A stretch of 62,972 nucleotides of DNA, the filler included, from Octopus bimaculoides (taxonomy: Eukaryota), in the NCBI RefSeq assembly GCF_001194135.2. It is 5 parts of 4 records of this genome, joined end to end, with 100 filler letters (N's around TTAATTAATTAA, not from the genome) between each part and the next. Parts side by side here need not be neighbours in the genome. Positions count along the whole stretch, not along the records: positions 39,242 to 44,944 come from NC_068989.1; positions 45,045 to 60,795 come from NC_068986.1; 3 more parts are not named here. The stretch is one strand, 5' to 3'. Shown piece after piece: positions 39,441 to 52,191 of this stretch. How positions within the stretch are numbered: position 1 is the first letter of the stretch; every line of letters starts with the position of its first letter. Position numbers and translations under genes: made by a program. The notes under the pieces were generated by a model that was not told the origin of the DNA, searched no databases, and saw nothing but the letters and a program-made list of their open reading frames with translations.

Positions 39441-40461
39441 TATATATATATCTGGCTGGGGAAGCAAAGACCAAAATTTTCTGTCACATAGATATTTGAT
39501 TGAAATTGACATGTTCATATTATACAGCTATTTTTGAAATAGAAAATATCTCATTTTATATTAAAGGTGTTCTGTAATTTGAAAAAAAAGTTTAAATATT
39601 AGTTGAGTAAACGCAGAAAACTACGCGCGCCATCTTTTCACCGTTTTCCTGATGGAAGCAGAATGTCAACGTGCTTCCCTTTTCCTATGCAAATGTAACA
39701 TGACGCAAGATAATACATATCACGTTGCGAATGGGCAGAAACTTAATCTAAGCGTACAAGTATTTATTAGCATCAAAAACTATTCGTTATCAGCTCTTAA
39801 TAGGAAAAAAAAAATGTCTTCGAAAACCCTTAAGGCGGTGCTCCACCATGGCCGCACTCAAATGATGGAAACAAGTAAGAAAATGTATATTTCAGTAATT
39901 ATACTTATGAAAAAAGCGTACCCAGTGTCATGGTAAATGTATATTTAATGATCGATTCGAAACTTCAAATATATATGAAGTTTTGTGTTTTTTTTGATAA
40001 CCCGAAATCCTTAACAGTGAGAAGAAATATGTTTTTGTACGTTGAATTTAGTTAAACTTCATTTTGTTGTCAGCTATTTAATTATCTTTCTTTGGTTGGT
40101 TTATGGCTAAGCTCTCCAAATTGTCTGAAGTTAAGAATCTCATATAGCCAAGACATAATTTACCTAGATTTTACTAAGTAGGTAGTTGGAGTTACTGGCT
40201 ACTAAGAACACGCTACTAAATCAGAAGAGAGTCATACAATGAAGACTACAATATTTCGGTAAAAACTTGGAAGAAACAAATTGTTATTGCAATGGCTTGA
40301 GGTAATGTCTGAGAACTGAGAGGAAAAAAATTAACGTTTCAACTTCTACAGCATCATTAAAGATTAATTACAGAAAGAATGTTGGCAACATTGTTCCGAA
40401 GTGTAGAAGAATATTATAAGCTGGGAATGTGAAAATTTCGGTGAAAATAATCTCTATACTA

Positions 40462-40673
40462 CAGGGTGTCCGCAAAGTCTGGGTACATGGGGATTAACAG
40501 ATACTTTAAGAAATTATTATTTCTTATATTTAATTGTTTATGCTATGATTTTATTTACTCCATGTACCCACGTGGGGATTAACACATACTTTCAGAAATT
40601 ATTATTTCTTATATTTAATTGTTTATGTTATAATTTTATTTACTCTATGTACCCAGACTTTGTGGACACCCTA
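40462..40673. mobile_element. Tc1/mariner-type MITE with internal tandem duplication
   Basis: TA at 40460-40461 and 40674-40675. TIR cagggtgtccgcaaagtctgggtacat / atgtacccagactttgtggacaccct. An ~84-bp unit occurs twice. Confidence 0.85.
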
Positions 40674-40964
40674 TATATTTGTGTGTTGAAGAATTTCGTT
40701 TTGCAATAATATAGTTTTGGTCTGAATTCCATTGTCTGACATCTTAGCCAAAGCTTCTCTACCATAGAAATGACCAATATCTGGTGAGTGGAATTTTGTA
40801 AGCGGAAAGAGTGTTGAAATCCATTGCATTTGTATACATACATGCAAAACACACACACACACACATTTCTATATGCATGTGGATGTATATACATGTATGT
40901 TTGTGTGTATGTGTATGTACATATTGCGTGTCAACGCGCCTCATGAATTTCTGTTTCAATTTGA

Positions 40965-41185
40965 AAAAAACCCTTCGGTCATGAATGACCATGGAATTGC
41001 ACCCAGAAATTTACACTCTGGGGCTCAAGTCCGGGAAAGGTTGTTTATGGAAGACCAGCAGTCCCCCATACATATCAGCCTCCGCTCTCCACGCCACCAT
41101 TTTTATCCAAGGGAAAGGAAAAGGCCAACACAGCTTAGCACCAGTGACGTCGCAACTCATTTCTACAGCTGAGTGAACTGGGACG
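40965..41185. mobile_element. Body of another abundant SINE-like repeat, head missing
   Basis: ttcggtcatgaatgaccatgg...gttgtttatggaagaccagcagtc...ctcatttctacagctgagtgaactgg. Recognised from memory of octopus repeats; single copy in this window. Confidence 0.45.
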
Positions 41186-41844
41186 GGCTGCTACACTGTT
41201 TTCGTCTATCAGATTTACCCACGAGGCATTGGCCGACCCGAGGCTGTAGACTGGGACTGAAGCCGAAGCCACATAGTTCCAAACGGAAAAAAATATATTA
41301 AAACAAAAACAAAGTAATTGTAGAAGTGTATATAATTCATTGGCTGTAATGCCAATACATAAATACGGTTTCCGTGACAGTGAAATTAGCCTTTCCATCT
41401 ACTGAAGTAAATTGTAAATGACGATAGGAACTGATTTTGTAAATCAGTTTAATCATTTTTAGTTTCCAATGTATGTAATAAACGTCAATATGAAATAAAT
41501 AAGAGGGAATATTGATTTTGTTTTGTAAGTAACAAAATCAAAATAACAATACTAAGTAGACATAAATATAGTACGTCACCAGAGAAAAATTTCGATCTGG
41601 AAATGTATAACAAAAAAGCTAGCAAAATGGCTGTGATAAACAACATGAACGGCTGACAGCAGGAAATTCTATTTAAGGTGCTTAGCTATTTGTATGAATA
41701 TATTCTCCAGCAGACTTAAATTAAATGTGATTGGAAACATTCGTATCAATGCATCAATGGTAGATATGAGAATTATCTAATATAAATAATAACGTGCGGA
41801 GTAAGACATCGTGATAAATTGCCCGAAATATTATCTATAGCACA

Positions 41845-41893
<49 letters not shown>

Positions 41894-41996
41894 GGATTAG
41901 ATGTTCGTTGATGTATGTATGTATATATATGTATGTATGTATATATATACACACTATACATATATCAACAAATATCTAATTTATATAGGTAGATAT

Positions 41997-42041
<45 letters not shown>

Positions 42042-42651
42042 CATAAATATAAGGATAAAATCTATATAAAATTTTATCGAGTAGCCAATGTGTAAATCCA
42101 ATTCAGGGGAAAAAAATACAAAGTATATAATTTTTTTCTTTATATATAAAATACATTATTATATCAAGGGCTATTACTGTCCGTAAAAGTCACAAGCTCT
42201 AATGGGACTCTAAAGTCAAACTGCTTCAATAAGTATATATACGTGCCGAAATCGATTATACAGATTTTATCTTTGTATTTTATTTACAAATATAGAACCA
42301 GAATATATTCAGTGCTGAATTATTTCGATTATACGTACGTAGCGAGATCAACTAGGCAGAGATCGCTTTAATTAGATATATAAGTTGAAACATTTGGGTA
42401 TGCTCTGCTGGATGCGTTGGGTTCGTATCATATGTACAGCTGTCTATATATTTAATATTCTCGATTATGTTCGTACTGATGGGAGGAGACCATGGTAATA
42501 TATGGTGACCACGAAATCATTGATAGTATAAGACTAAACCATTTTTTTATTAAAGGAATTTCTCCTAGGTTTCATTTCCTCGATGTCGGCGGGTGTGTAT
42601 ACTTATTAAAGTAGTTTGAAGCGTGTGGCTTTTACGGTCAGTCACACCCCT

Positions 42652-42702
<51 letters not shown>

Positions 42703-42889
42703 AAGAAAAGCAACACAAATTCAATAGGTTATAGCAGTACGTACGTTTCGTACAAGCTTCATTTATTTATATAGTGAGAACACCACATAAGATGTGCAAT
42801 GAAAATGTACTCCTCAGCTGCATAATGGAAGTTCATTTCAGAAAGCCATTATGTAAACGTGTGCAAATACAAGAGTAGGAGATGAAAAG

Positions 42890-43195
42890 AATACCATCTA
42901 GACAAGTGGCTGAGTACTCCACAGACACATGTACCTTTAACGTAGTTCTCAGGAAGATTCAAAGTGTGATAAGGCTGGCACTTTGAAATAGAGGTAAAAT
43001 AGAAGCAGAAAGAAAGAGTGAGAGAAAGTTGTGGTGAAAGAGTAGAGCAGGGTTCGCCACCACCTCCTGCCGGAGCTTCGTGGAGCTTTGGGTGTTTTCG
43101 CTCATTAAACATTCGCAATGCCTGGTCTGGGAATCGAAACCGCTATCCTACGACCGCGAGCCGCTTCCCCTAACCACTAGGCCATTGCGCCTCCA
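42890..43195 (-). mobile_element. tRNA-derived SINE (family C)
   Basis: Reverse strand tggaggcgcaatggcctagtggttagg...ggtttcgattcccagacc (A and B boxes). Homologous to 61979-62320. Confidence 0.8.
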
Positions 43196-43272
43196 CTCAT
43201 ACATACACACATACATACATACATACATACATACATACATACATACATANNNNNNNNNNACACATACATACA

Positions 43273-43303
<31 letters not shown>

Positions 43304-43308
43304 CTACA

Positions 43309-43340
<32 letters not shown>

Positions 43341-43625
43341 ATATATATATATACATACATACATTCATATAATATATGTGTGTGTGTGTGAATGAGTGTG
43401 TAAATCATATAAATTCATGTATATGTGTGCGTGTGTATGCGTGTATATGTGCGTCTGTGTATGTGTGAAATGGGCAATTGTGTGTGTTCTCTTTAGCAAT
43501 AATTGGTTTTAAAATAAGTTTCGTTTTTCAGTTGAGCGTCCAAAAAACATCAAAAAAGTGGAAAAAATTGTAAATGTTATTACATCAGATATTAGGGAAG
43601 GCCTAGTCTCCATTAAATTCTTTGT

Positions 43626-43665
<40 letters not shown>

Positions 43666-43693
43666 AATGCATAAATACATGTATGTATGTATG

Positions 43694-43779
<86 letters not shown>

Positions 43780-44529
43780 CATAGAAATACATATACATAT
43801 ACACACACATTATATATGTATGTATGTATGTATGTATGGATGTATGTATGTGTGTATGTATATGTGTTACTGTAAGTATATGTGTGCTGAAATGATTGAA
43901 AAAGTAAATACAATAAAAACTGGAATCAAAGACGTGAAAATAATCATGAAGTAACGAAAGATTAGTTTACATTTCACCATTTTACAATATATTACAATAT
44001 GAAATATAAGGTAACAGACTGTAAACATAGGTTTTTTAAAATTTAGTTTTAACTCTTTATTTCTAACATACGTCGTCGTAGATTTCGCGTAGATTTCGCA
44101 ATCACTCTTAAGTTTATCTCACAAATGTTTCAAATACATTTTAATACCCTAATTATTTTGTATGCATGGCACTCTTTGATTATTATTCTATTCTCTCGGA
44201 CCCCGTAGACATTCGATGTTTAAAAACTAGTTTTATAGAAACTAGTTTTCAAAATTCCTATTTTGTTTTTCACAAATTAACGTGGGTAACTTGAACTATG
44301 TAAAATGTTAGAGGAAGAAACCTAGCTGTTTCTCGCAGTACATACATCTAAAACAAAATTTTTTCAGGGACTCTAAAAATACTGTTTGAGAACTACTGCT
44401 CTGATATATATAATATTATATTATATTATGTATATATATATATTATTATATTATATTATATCATATTACATATATATGCATGTATGTATTTATGTGTATA
44501 TATACATATATATATTTATGTATTTGTGT

Positions 44530-44730
44530 GTCTGTGTTTGTCCCCACAGTATCGTTTGACAACTGATGTTGGTGTGTTTACGTCCCTGTAATCTAGCGGT
44601 TCGGCGAAGATACCGATAGAATAAGTACTAGGCTTTCAACGAATAAGTCCTGGAGACGATTTGTTCGACTAAACGCAGTGCTCCAGCATGGCAGTAGTTA
44701 AATGACTGAAACAAGTAAAAGAATAAAAGG
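44530..44730 (+). mobile_element. Family B SINE 3' half
   Basis: gtttgtccccacagtatcgtttgacaactgatg...aatgactgaaacaagtaaaagaa matches 35520-35727. Confidence 0.8.
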
Positions 44731-45284
44731 ACATACATGTATATATATATGTTCGTCCTTTAATTGGAAATTTTTCGTTAGATTTCTAATGTCTTTTCTT
44801 CATACTTAATCCATGTTGACATCCAATCCATTAATATTCCATTTTAACATCCAATTTCCTTAATTTCTTAAATATGAATGAACTTAATAAACTTTATTTA
44901 ATAAATTAAGCTATATACTGATTATATATGCATATATATATATANNNNNNNNNNNNNNNNNNNNNNNNNNNNNNNNNNNNNNNNNNNNTTAATTAATTAA
45001 NNNNNNNNNNNNNNNNNNNNNNNNNNNNNNNNNNNNNNNNNNNNTAATGTTATTTAATTTCTGAACGCTTTTGCTGCCGTTTGTTTATGTAGTTTGGTTT
45101 GATTTCTCTATCCATCAGTTTCTACTAAGATAGAGACGCGAGTAAAATGAATAATAGAAAAACGAAAATAAAAATTTGGAAACAGCAACGCCGCCATATA
45201 ACATACGTGGAAATCATGAACGTGGTTTCAAGGGAGATAATCAGAGAAAGATTTAAAAGTCAACGTAAGATCGTAATAGTTCAT

Positions 45285-45515
45285 GTAAAGTAAATATAAC
45301 AAATAATCCAGAATCCTTGTCCGGTACCGGATCGATCCCAAAATCTAATCAGTTCGTGACAGTCACGAGGCCAAACATCCCTGAAAGTTTCATTGGAATC
45401 CATCCCGCGGTTCTTCAGATATCTTGTCCACGGACAGACAGACAGACAGACAAACAAACAAATCAACGAACAAACATGATTGAAAACAATACCGCCGCCT
45501 TCGCTATGGCGACGA
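45285..45515 (+). mobile_element. Probable Helentron-associated non-autonomous element (HINE/DINE-1-like)
   Basis: Subterminal palindrome tccggtaccgga, core aaagtttcattggaatccatcc, internal (GACA)n(AACA)n tract and a 3' stem-loop cgcc-ttcgctat-ggcg. Confidence 0.55.
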
Positions 45516-45776
45516 TAACAAAAGATTCAATAACGTTGAATGATATAACTGAGGAGCTGATAAAAATGTCTAATCACATCAACTTTCTTCTTCCTACTCT
45601 CTCTCTAACTTACTGTCTGACTACTTACTGTCTTGTTATTTATTTACCTGTCGTTCTATATCTACGTATGACTGTGTGAGTACCTGTATGGATAACTGCA
45701 CCTATATCATTATGTACATATTTACGTGATTGCGTGTGTTGTGTGAATGCGAGTATATACATGCATAGACGTGTTG

Positions 45777-45827
<51 letters not shown>

Positions 45828-47268
45828 TATATAATGTATATATACATACATACACTCACACACTCACACATACACACAGCCATACACACACATCAATATA
45901 TGCACGTACCTCTATCATCCTCTGTCCCTCTGTCTTCATATGTGCATGTGTATCATTCCCTATCTCTATTTGTGTGCGTAAAAATTAAGCTAAAATATAT
46001 ACCATACTCATTTAAAAACCACATACATGCATCTATTTATAAATGTATGCATATCTGGTATGCACACGCGTAAATATATACATACATCTATGTATATATG
46101 ATGTTGAAGGCATCTTCGTCAGGATTAACATTAACAACAGACACAAATAATAAAACATTTTCATACAATTAACCGAGCCATACAAACGCACATCATCACA
46201 TTACAAATCACATAACAGCAAAACACAAACATATACGACAATAACAAAAACAACAACAACAACATTGTCAACCTGCCTCTCTCTCTCTCTCTCTCTCTCN
46301 NNNNNNNNNNNNNNNNNNNNNNNNNNNNNNNNNNNNNNNNNNNNNNNNNNNNNNNNNNNNNNNNNNNNNNNNNNNNNNNNNNNNNNNNNNNNNNNNNNNN
46401 NNNNNNNNNNNNNNNNNNNNNNNNNNNNNNNNNNNNNNNNNNNNNNNNNNNNNNNNNNNNNNNNNNNNNNNNNNNNNNNNNNNNNNNNNNNNNNNNNNNN
46501 NNNNNNNNNNNNNNNNNNNNNNNNNNNNNNNNNNNNNNNNNNNNNNNNNNNNNNNNNNNNNNNNNNNNNNNNNNNNNNNNNNNNNNNNNNNNNNNNNNNN
46601 NNNNNNNNNNNNNNNNNNNNNNNNNNNNNNNNNNNNNNNNNNNNNNNNNNNNNNNNNNNNNNNNNNNNNNNNNNNNNNNNNNNNNNNNNNNNNNNNNNNN
46701 NNNNNNNNNNNNNNNNNNNNNNNNNNNNNNNNNNNNNNNNNNNNNNNNNNNNNNNNNNNNNNNNNNNNNNNNNNNNNNNNNNNNNNNNNNNNNNNNNNNN
46801 NNNNNNNNNNNNNNNNNNNNNNNNNNNNNNNNNNNNNNNNNNNNNNNNNNNNNNNNNNNNNNNNNNNNNNNNNNNNNNNNNNNNNNNNNNNNNNNNNNNN
46901 NNNNNNNNNNNNNNNNNNNNNNNNNNNNNNNNNNNNNNNNNNNNNNNNNNNNNNNNNNNNNNNNNNNNNNNNNNNNNNNNNNNNNNNNNNNNNNNNNNNN
47001 NNNNNNNNNNNNNNNNNNNNNNNNNNNNNNNNNNNNNNNNNNNNNNNNNNNNNNNNNNNNNNNNNNNNNNNNNNNNNNNNNNNNNNNNNNNNNNNNNNNN
47101 NNNNNNNNNNNNNNNNNNNNNNNNNNNNNNNNNNNNNNNNNNNNNNNNNNNNNNNNNNNNNNNNNNNNNNNNNNNNNNNNNNNNNNTATATATATATATA
47201 TATATATTTATAAACTTTTACATGTATATCTACTTACCTATATATATATAAATATATATATATGTATG

Positions 47269-47300
<32 letters not shown>

Positions 47301-47320
47301 TGTATGTATATATGCATGCA

Positions 47321-47355
<35 letters not shown>

Positions 47356-47494
47356 ATATAATCTATGCATAGATACAAAGAATGGCAAAAAGTTAGATAT
47401 ATATTACAAAGATCTTTACTGTATATGTATGCACATGTATACATACACACTTAGACCTTTGAATGCGTTTCTATGTGTGTTAATGAGTACAAAA

Positions 47495-47538
<44 letters not shown>

Positions 47539-47829
47539 NNNNNNNNNNNNNNNNNNNNNNNNNNNNNNNNNNNNNNNNNNNNNNNNNNNNNNNNNNNNNN
47601 NNNNNNNNNNNNNNNNNNNNNNNNNNNNNNNNNNNNNNNNNNNNNNNNNNNNNNNNNNNNNNNNNNNNNNNNNNNNNNNNNNNNNNNNNNNNNNNNNNNN
47701 NNNNNNNNNNNNNNNNNNNNNNNNNNNNNNNNNNNNNNNNNNNNNNNNNNNNNNNNNNNNNNNNNNNNNNNNNNNNNNNNNNNNNNNNNNNNNNNNNNNN
47801 NNNNNNNNNNNNNNNNNNNNNNNNNNNNN

Positions 47830-47885
<56 letters not shown>

Positions 47886-48249
47886 CTGTGTGTGGCTGTG
47901 TGTGTGTGTATTTGTGTCAGTGGTTGGAGTAGGGCGGTAATTTTGAAGTTGAATTCATTAAGTTGCTAAAGTGAATTCTTAGGAATAATTGAATTATTGG
48001 TTCGGGATAAAAATCAAATACTTACAGCAACAGCGTTCTTTGACTCATTAAGTGGGGGCTGGAGATTGGAAATGGGTGGTGGGGAGGATGTCAGAAAGGA
48101 AACAGAAGAAAGAAAAGGAGAAAACATGATAGAAGTTAAATGTAGACAGAAAGAAGGAAAGGGTGACTGAATGAAAAGGGGGTGATGAGGAAGATAAGCG
48201 AAACGAAATGAAGCTATTTTCAGAAAAATTTGAAATAATGATAATAATA

Positions 48250-48465
48250 GTTCTCTCTAATTTTGACACAAGGCCAGCAATTTTTAGGGGTGGGTGAAGT
48301 CGGTTACATCAACCCCAGGGTTCATCTGGTTCTTATTTTATCGATTCAGATAAGTTGAAATGCTAAGTTGATCTCGGCGGAATTAGAACTCAGAACGAAA
48401 AGACGGACGAGATGCAGCTAAGCCTTTTATCCGGCGTGCTAACGATTCTGCCAACCCCTGCCTTA
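48250..48465 (-). mobile_element. Family A SINE
   Basis: The reverse complement matches the family A unit, with CpGs retained (ggcggaattagaactcagaacg, ccggcgtgctaacgattc). Confidence 0.8.
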
Positions 48466-48529
48466 ATAATGATAATGATCCTTTCTGCTATAGGAACAAG
48501 GCCTAAAACTTTGGGGGAGCAAAGGAAGG

Positions 48530-50222
48530 CGGTAGAACGATCTTCTCAGCTGATTACTGGATCCGCCCAATACAACATCAGGTGTTCGGCATAACTCCAC
48601 CAGTCAGCAGCACTCGGGTACTGAGCGAGTGCGTGATAAAGGGTTTCATCGCTCTGCGTAGATCTCGCAAAAAGCCCAACTGACGGCACTTCCGTACATG
48701 TAGAGTTTACCTCCAACCAACAATATCCCCTAGTAGTACTGCGAGAACACGGATTTCTAAAAATTATCCATGAACTCAGCCTAAAACTCTTCTGGAACAG
48801 ACCAACCAGCTGATTTTCATCGACGCCCAGAGTTTCCCCGAGAACGTCGTTGCTTTTGCCTTTCACAAATCCGCTATAAAACCCCGACGTGGAACTTCCA
48901 CTAACAGCATTGCCCGACCATTAGAGAGCTATAAGCGCTTGACATTTCAGATGGTAAACACCTTGTCTCAGTTTTTGCTTGACCCAGGAGTATAGCTTTG
49001 TCAAAGAGACGAGATGTAGGAAAATGCGTCTGGCAAACCGTAACCACTATTGTTCACCGTCAAAGAATTGTGTTAGTTGTAGCAGCCTCAGCACATGCCT
49101 GCGCATCATCAATCACACAAATGCCCTGTCCCTCAGTCAGTGGGTGTTGACAGAAAATAGAGCACCTGCTCAGTGGAACACGTCCCTTCCAAAGAAAGCA
49201 GAAGAGCAGAGACTCCAGTCTGGTCAGACGTGAAATGAAACAAGGCAAGACGGCCAGGTGGTGAAAGGTGACGGAGGCGATGTAGGCGTTCGTCACCTTT
49301 GCCTGAACTTTCAGGGATAGCTTTCTCTTGACCCATTTCTGGGTGAAGACTGGCCATCCTGTTCGTCACCTAGCCTCATTTTTTCTCTACTTGTAGATCT
49401 GAACCAAATCAAGCCAGACACTGGGTAATTTAACCGGTACGACCGTCCAGCATCCCAGAGACACTGTTTTTGACGACAAGCTGGGCTGTAGATTCACTGA
49501 CTTTTCATGATTGATTTTGCTTCCTATCACTACATCGTGGTCTCTCAGATGATACAAAAACACTTCGTCGTGTCTGGTGAATGAAACTATAACATCCTCA
49601 TACGTCAACATGGATCTTTCGGATCTTCGTTCACGCAGGATACCTGTCAATCAAAACCTTTCAATATGAAAGCTTTTGATTGATCCAAAATGATCAGAAC
49701 CCCACCCATGCCAGGTTCTTCTTCACCCACTTTATGATGCACAGCATTAGGTGAATTTTTTATGGATAGATCTGTTTGGTGCACACTACCAATCAAAGTA
49801 CCTCCAATATGCCGTTCCAATCCCCCATTAGCACTAAAATGAGAAACTTTCCCATTTAAGGCTCTACCTGCATAAAGAAATCTACCCGTTCCATCCTTGT
49901 CGAGGTGTCCACAACCATAAGTTGAAAGATATGACCTTAGCTGCTGGTCACATCCAGCACCACCAACTTGCTCCCTGGGTCCAGGATGTCTGTATTGCGA
50001 GATCCAGCCATTTCCAAAACAACACCGAGGCTCTACCTCCTGGTCCCGTCCAACTTGGAGATGTGAACACCTCTAACTGCCGAAGGTGGCAACGAAGGCA
50101 CGTTCCTCGAAGATTCTAATCACACTGCTGACTTTCATATTTATGTCTAATGGCCTGAGGTTGTTCAGCAAGTAGTCTTCCTTACAAGACGATCCCAGGA
50201 CACGTGTAATCGTAGTACCAAT
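48530..50222 (-). mobile_element. Tx1/L1-clade LINE ORF2 relic: APE endonuclease plus post-RT region and Zn knuckle, RT core missing
   Basis: Minus remnants DYLLNNLRPLDI, LVLMGDWNGIL (APE motif, about 49803-49835), WTVVPVKLPSVW..SDLQVEKN (thumb), KLSLKVQAKVTNAYIAS, LESLLFCFLWKGRVPL and TQSDETLYHALAQYP (degenerate CCHC). Confidence 0.8.
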
Positions 50223-50849
50223 TCTGAGTAAGGCCATATTAGTTGATAAAGTGAAAAGTGAGAAGGATTACTTCCCTTATTCATGAGAAAGGACAATCTG
50301 TCCTGCTTTCTAATGGTGGCTGTTTCCACCAATAATTTCTTATATACTCTTTGATCTTGGAAAGCTATTCCATCGGGATATTTTGCTTTTACTCAGTTGT
50401 AAGTTTCTTGTGTTGTATCCTAAGATTTCTACCTGTGTTGGTATGTTATTTGTTAGTGTGATAATGTTCGTATGTTGATGTATATAGTTCCTTAATTCTT
50501 TGTTGATTCTGTCAATGGCCGAGAAGTTTATTATGCGTCTTTGCGAATGCTGCTCCTATCGTTCGTTTGGTGTAGATTAACCTGTATTTGTCTCCCCCTG
50601 TGGCGTTTGCAGTAGCGTTTGTTGATTTTGTCCAAGGTGGCAGTGTGAGTTGATGTTAGTATTGTATTCCCTTCAAGTCTTCTCCTTTCAACTCTCACAA
50701 CTTGTGAGACTAAAATTGTCTTGCCATTTTTCTTTCTTTTCTCTCCCTTCTTACCAGAACATTCTCCATTATTCCTCTTTGTAGCTCTTATTGCATGACA
50801 TACCTGAGTGATCTGAAGATCCTGCTGCTAATTCTAGCGATGCTGTTCC

Positions 50850-50901
<52 letters not shown>

Positions 50902-50927
50902 GATCTTGATTTTGTTGTTGTTGTTGC
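50850..50927. repeat. (GTT)n microsatellite
   Basis: Direct inspection. Confidence 0.95.
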
Positions 50928-52112
50928 TAAAATAAATATTGAATAATTAAATATGTTAATCTTGCTTGATCAGTGGAAACACGAAACTTAGAGTAACAGT
51001 GCACAAATTTTTCTCCTTTCAATAAAAAGAAAGATAATAAACTGTGAGTAATGTATTGATACCTTTTCTCTCGTATGTATTTATGTTTGTATGTATGTAT
51101 GTATGCTTGCATGTATATACGTACGTATGCACGTGCGTATGCATGTATGTATGTGCGTACGTATGTATATATGTACATACGCATGCATACATGTACGTAC
51201 GTATACATGTATGTCAGGTCACTTGTGAGGTCACTTTTGAAGTCTCATGAGTGCTACTGCTAACATAGAATCCAGTTGCACGGTCGGACCGTCGGCGACT
51301 AAGCCGGCACCTCCAATCAGCTAGCCTGGTGAAAGGGTTGCTAGAAACCTAGAAGTACAAAAAAAACAAGACTTGTCAATAGGATGGATGAACCCAATGT
51401 AGATTCAACATCTATCAATAGCAACGGCATTCAGGAATTCTAGGTTGGTGTCCCCGTTCGAGACCACTGGAAGTGAGGCACCCATCAGCTTTTGTTACAG
51501 CATGTCTCTAGGAGACAGTCACAGTGACATAAAACTGGATATGCAGTGAATGACATTGACCATTTTGGGGATCATTTTCTTGCGCTTGAGGTCATAACGC
51601 TCTAAAATTCTTGAGACTGCGTGACATATTGGCTCTAAATATCATGCCTCAGTTTGTTTCTGGATTATGTCAATAGGGTGAAGAGGATCTCTTAGATTTT
51701 GTGCAAGCCTTATTGAACCTAAAATTTAGCACGGCCATTGCTGACATTTAACGTAGGCTGTGGTTAGTAATGGTTTTACTTGGTCACGAGTGGAGAACCA
51801 TCATGTATGTATGCGTGCGTATATGTTAAAATAAGGCTATTATTTTAAAGCAAGTTTAGGAATAACAACGGAATATTTACTAATGAGGGTGAATCTATGC
51901 TAAGAATAGAGTGAAATATATCCTGGAAATCGAGTTGACACAGACTTCAAGCTCCGACTATCGACTCGTTCATCTGATACACACAGACACGCGCGTGGGC
52001 ACATACATGCACATACACGTACACATTAGCAGCAGAAAGCCGTTGTCATACGTAGACTGTTCGTTAGAGAAGACGTACCCGTCTCCTTCCCTAATCGACA
52101 ACATGGCAACTG

Positions 52113-52146
<34 letters not shown>

Positions 52147-52156
52147 NNNNNNNNNN

Positions 52157-52191
<35 letters not shown>

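Noticed and set aside
50230-50800. Minus-strand open stretch (QRRIINFSAIDRINKELRNY...) as Tx1 ORF1 or R4 N-terminus
   Set aside because: No motif I can firmly assign; it needs a profile search.
51310-51355. ctggtga-a-agggttgct-a-gaaac hammerhead-like string
   Set aside because: Core mismatch, only a 2-bp helix II and no convincing helix I or cleavage triplet.
51540-51760. ICHAVSRILERYDLKRKK on minus as an IS630/Tc1 HTH relic
   Set aside because: The resemblance is too short, and no TIRs or catalytic motifs were found.
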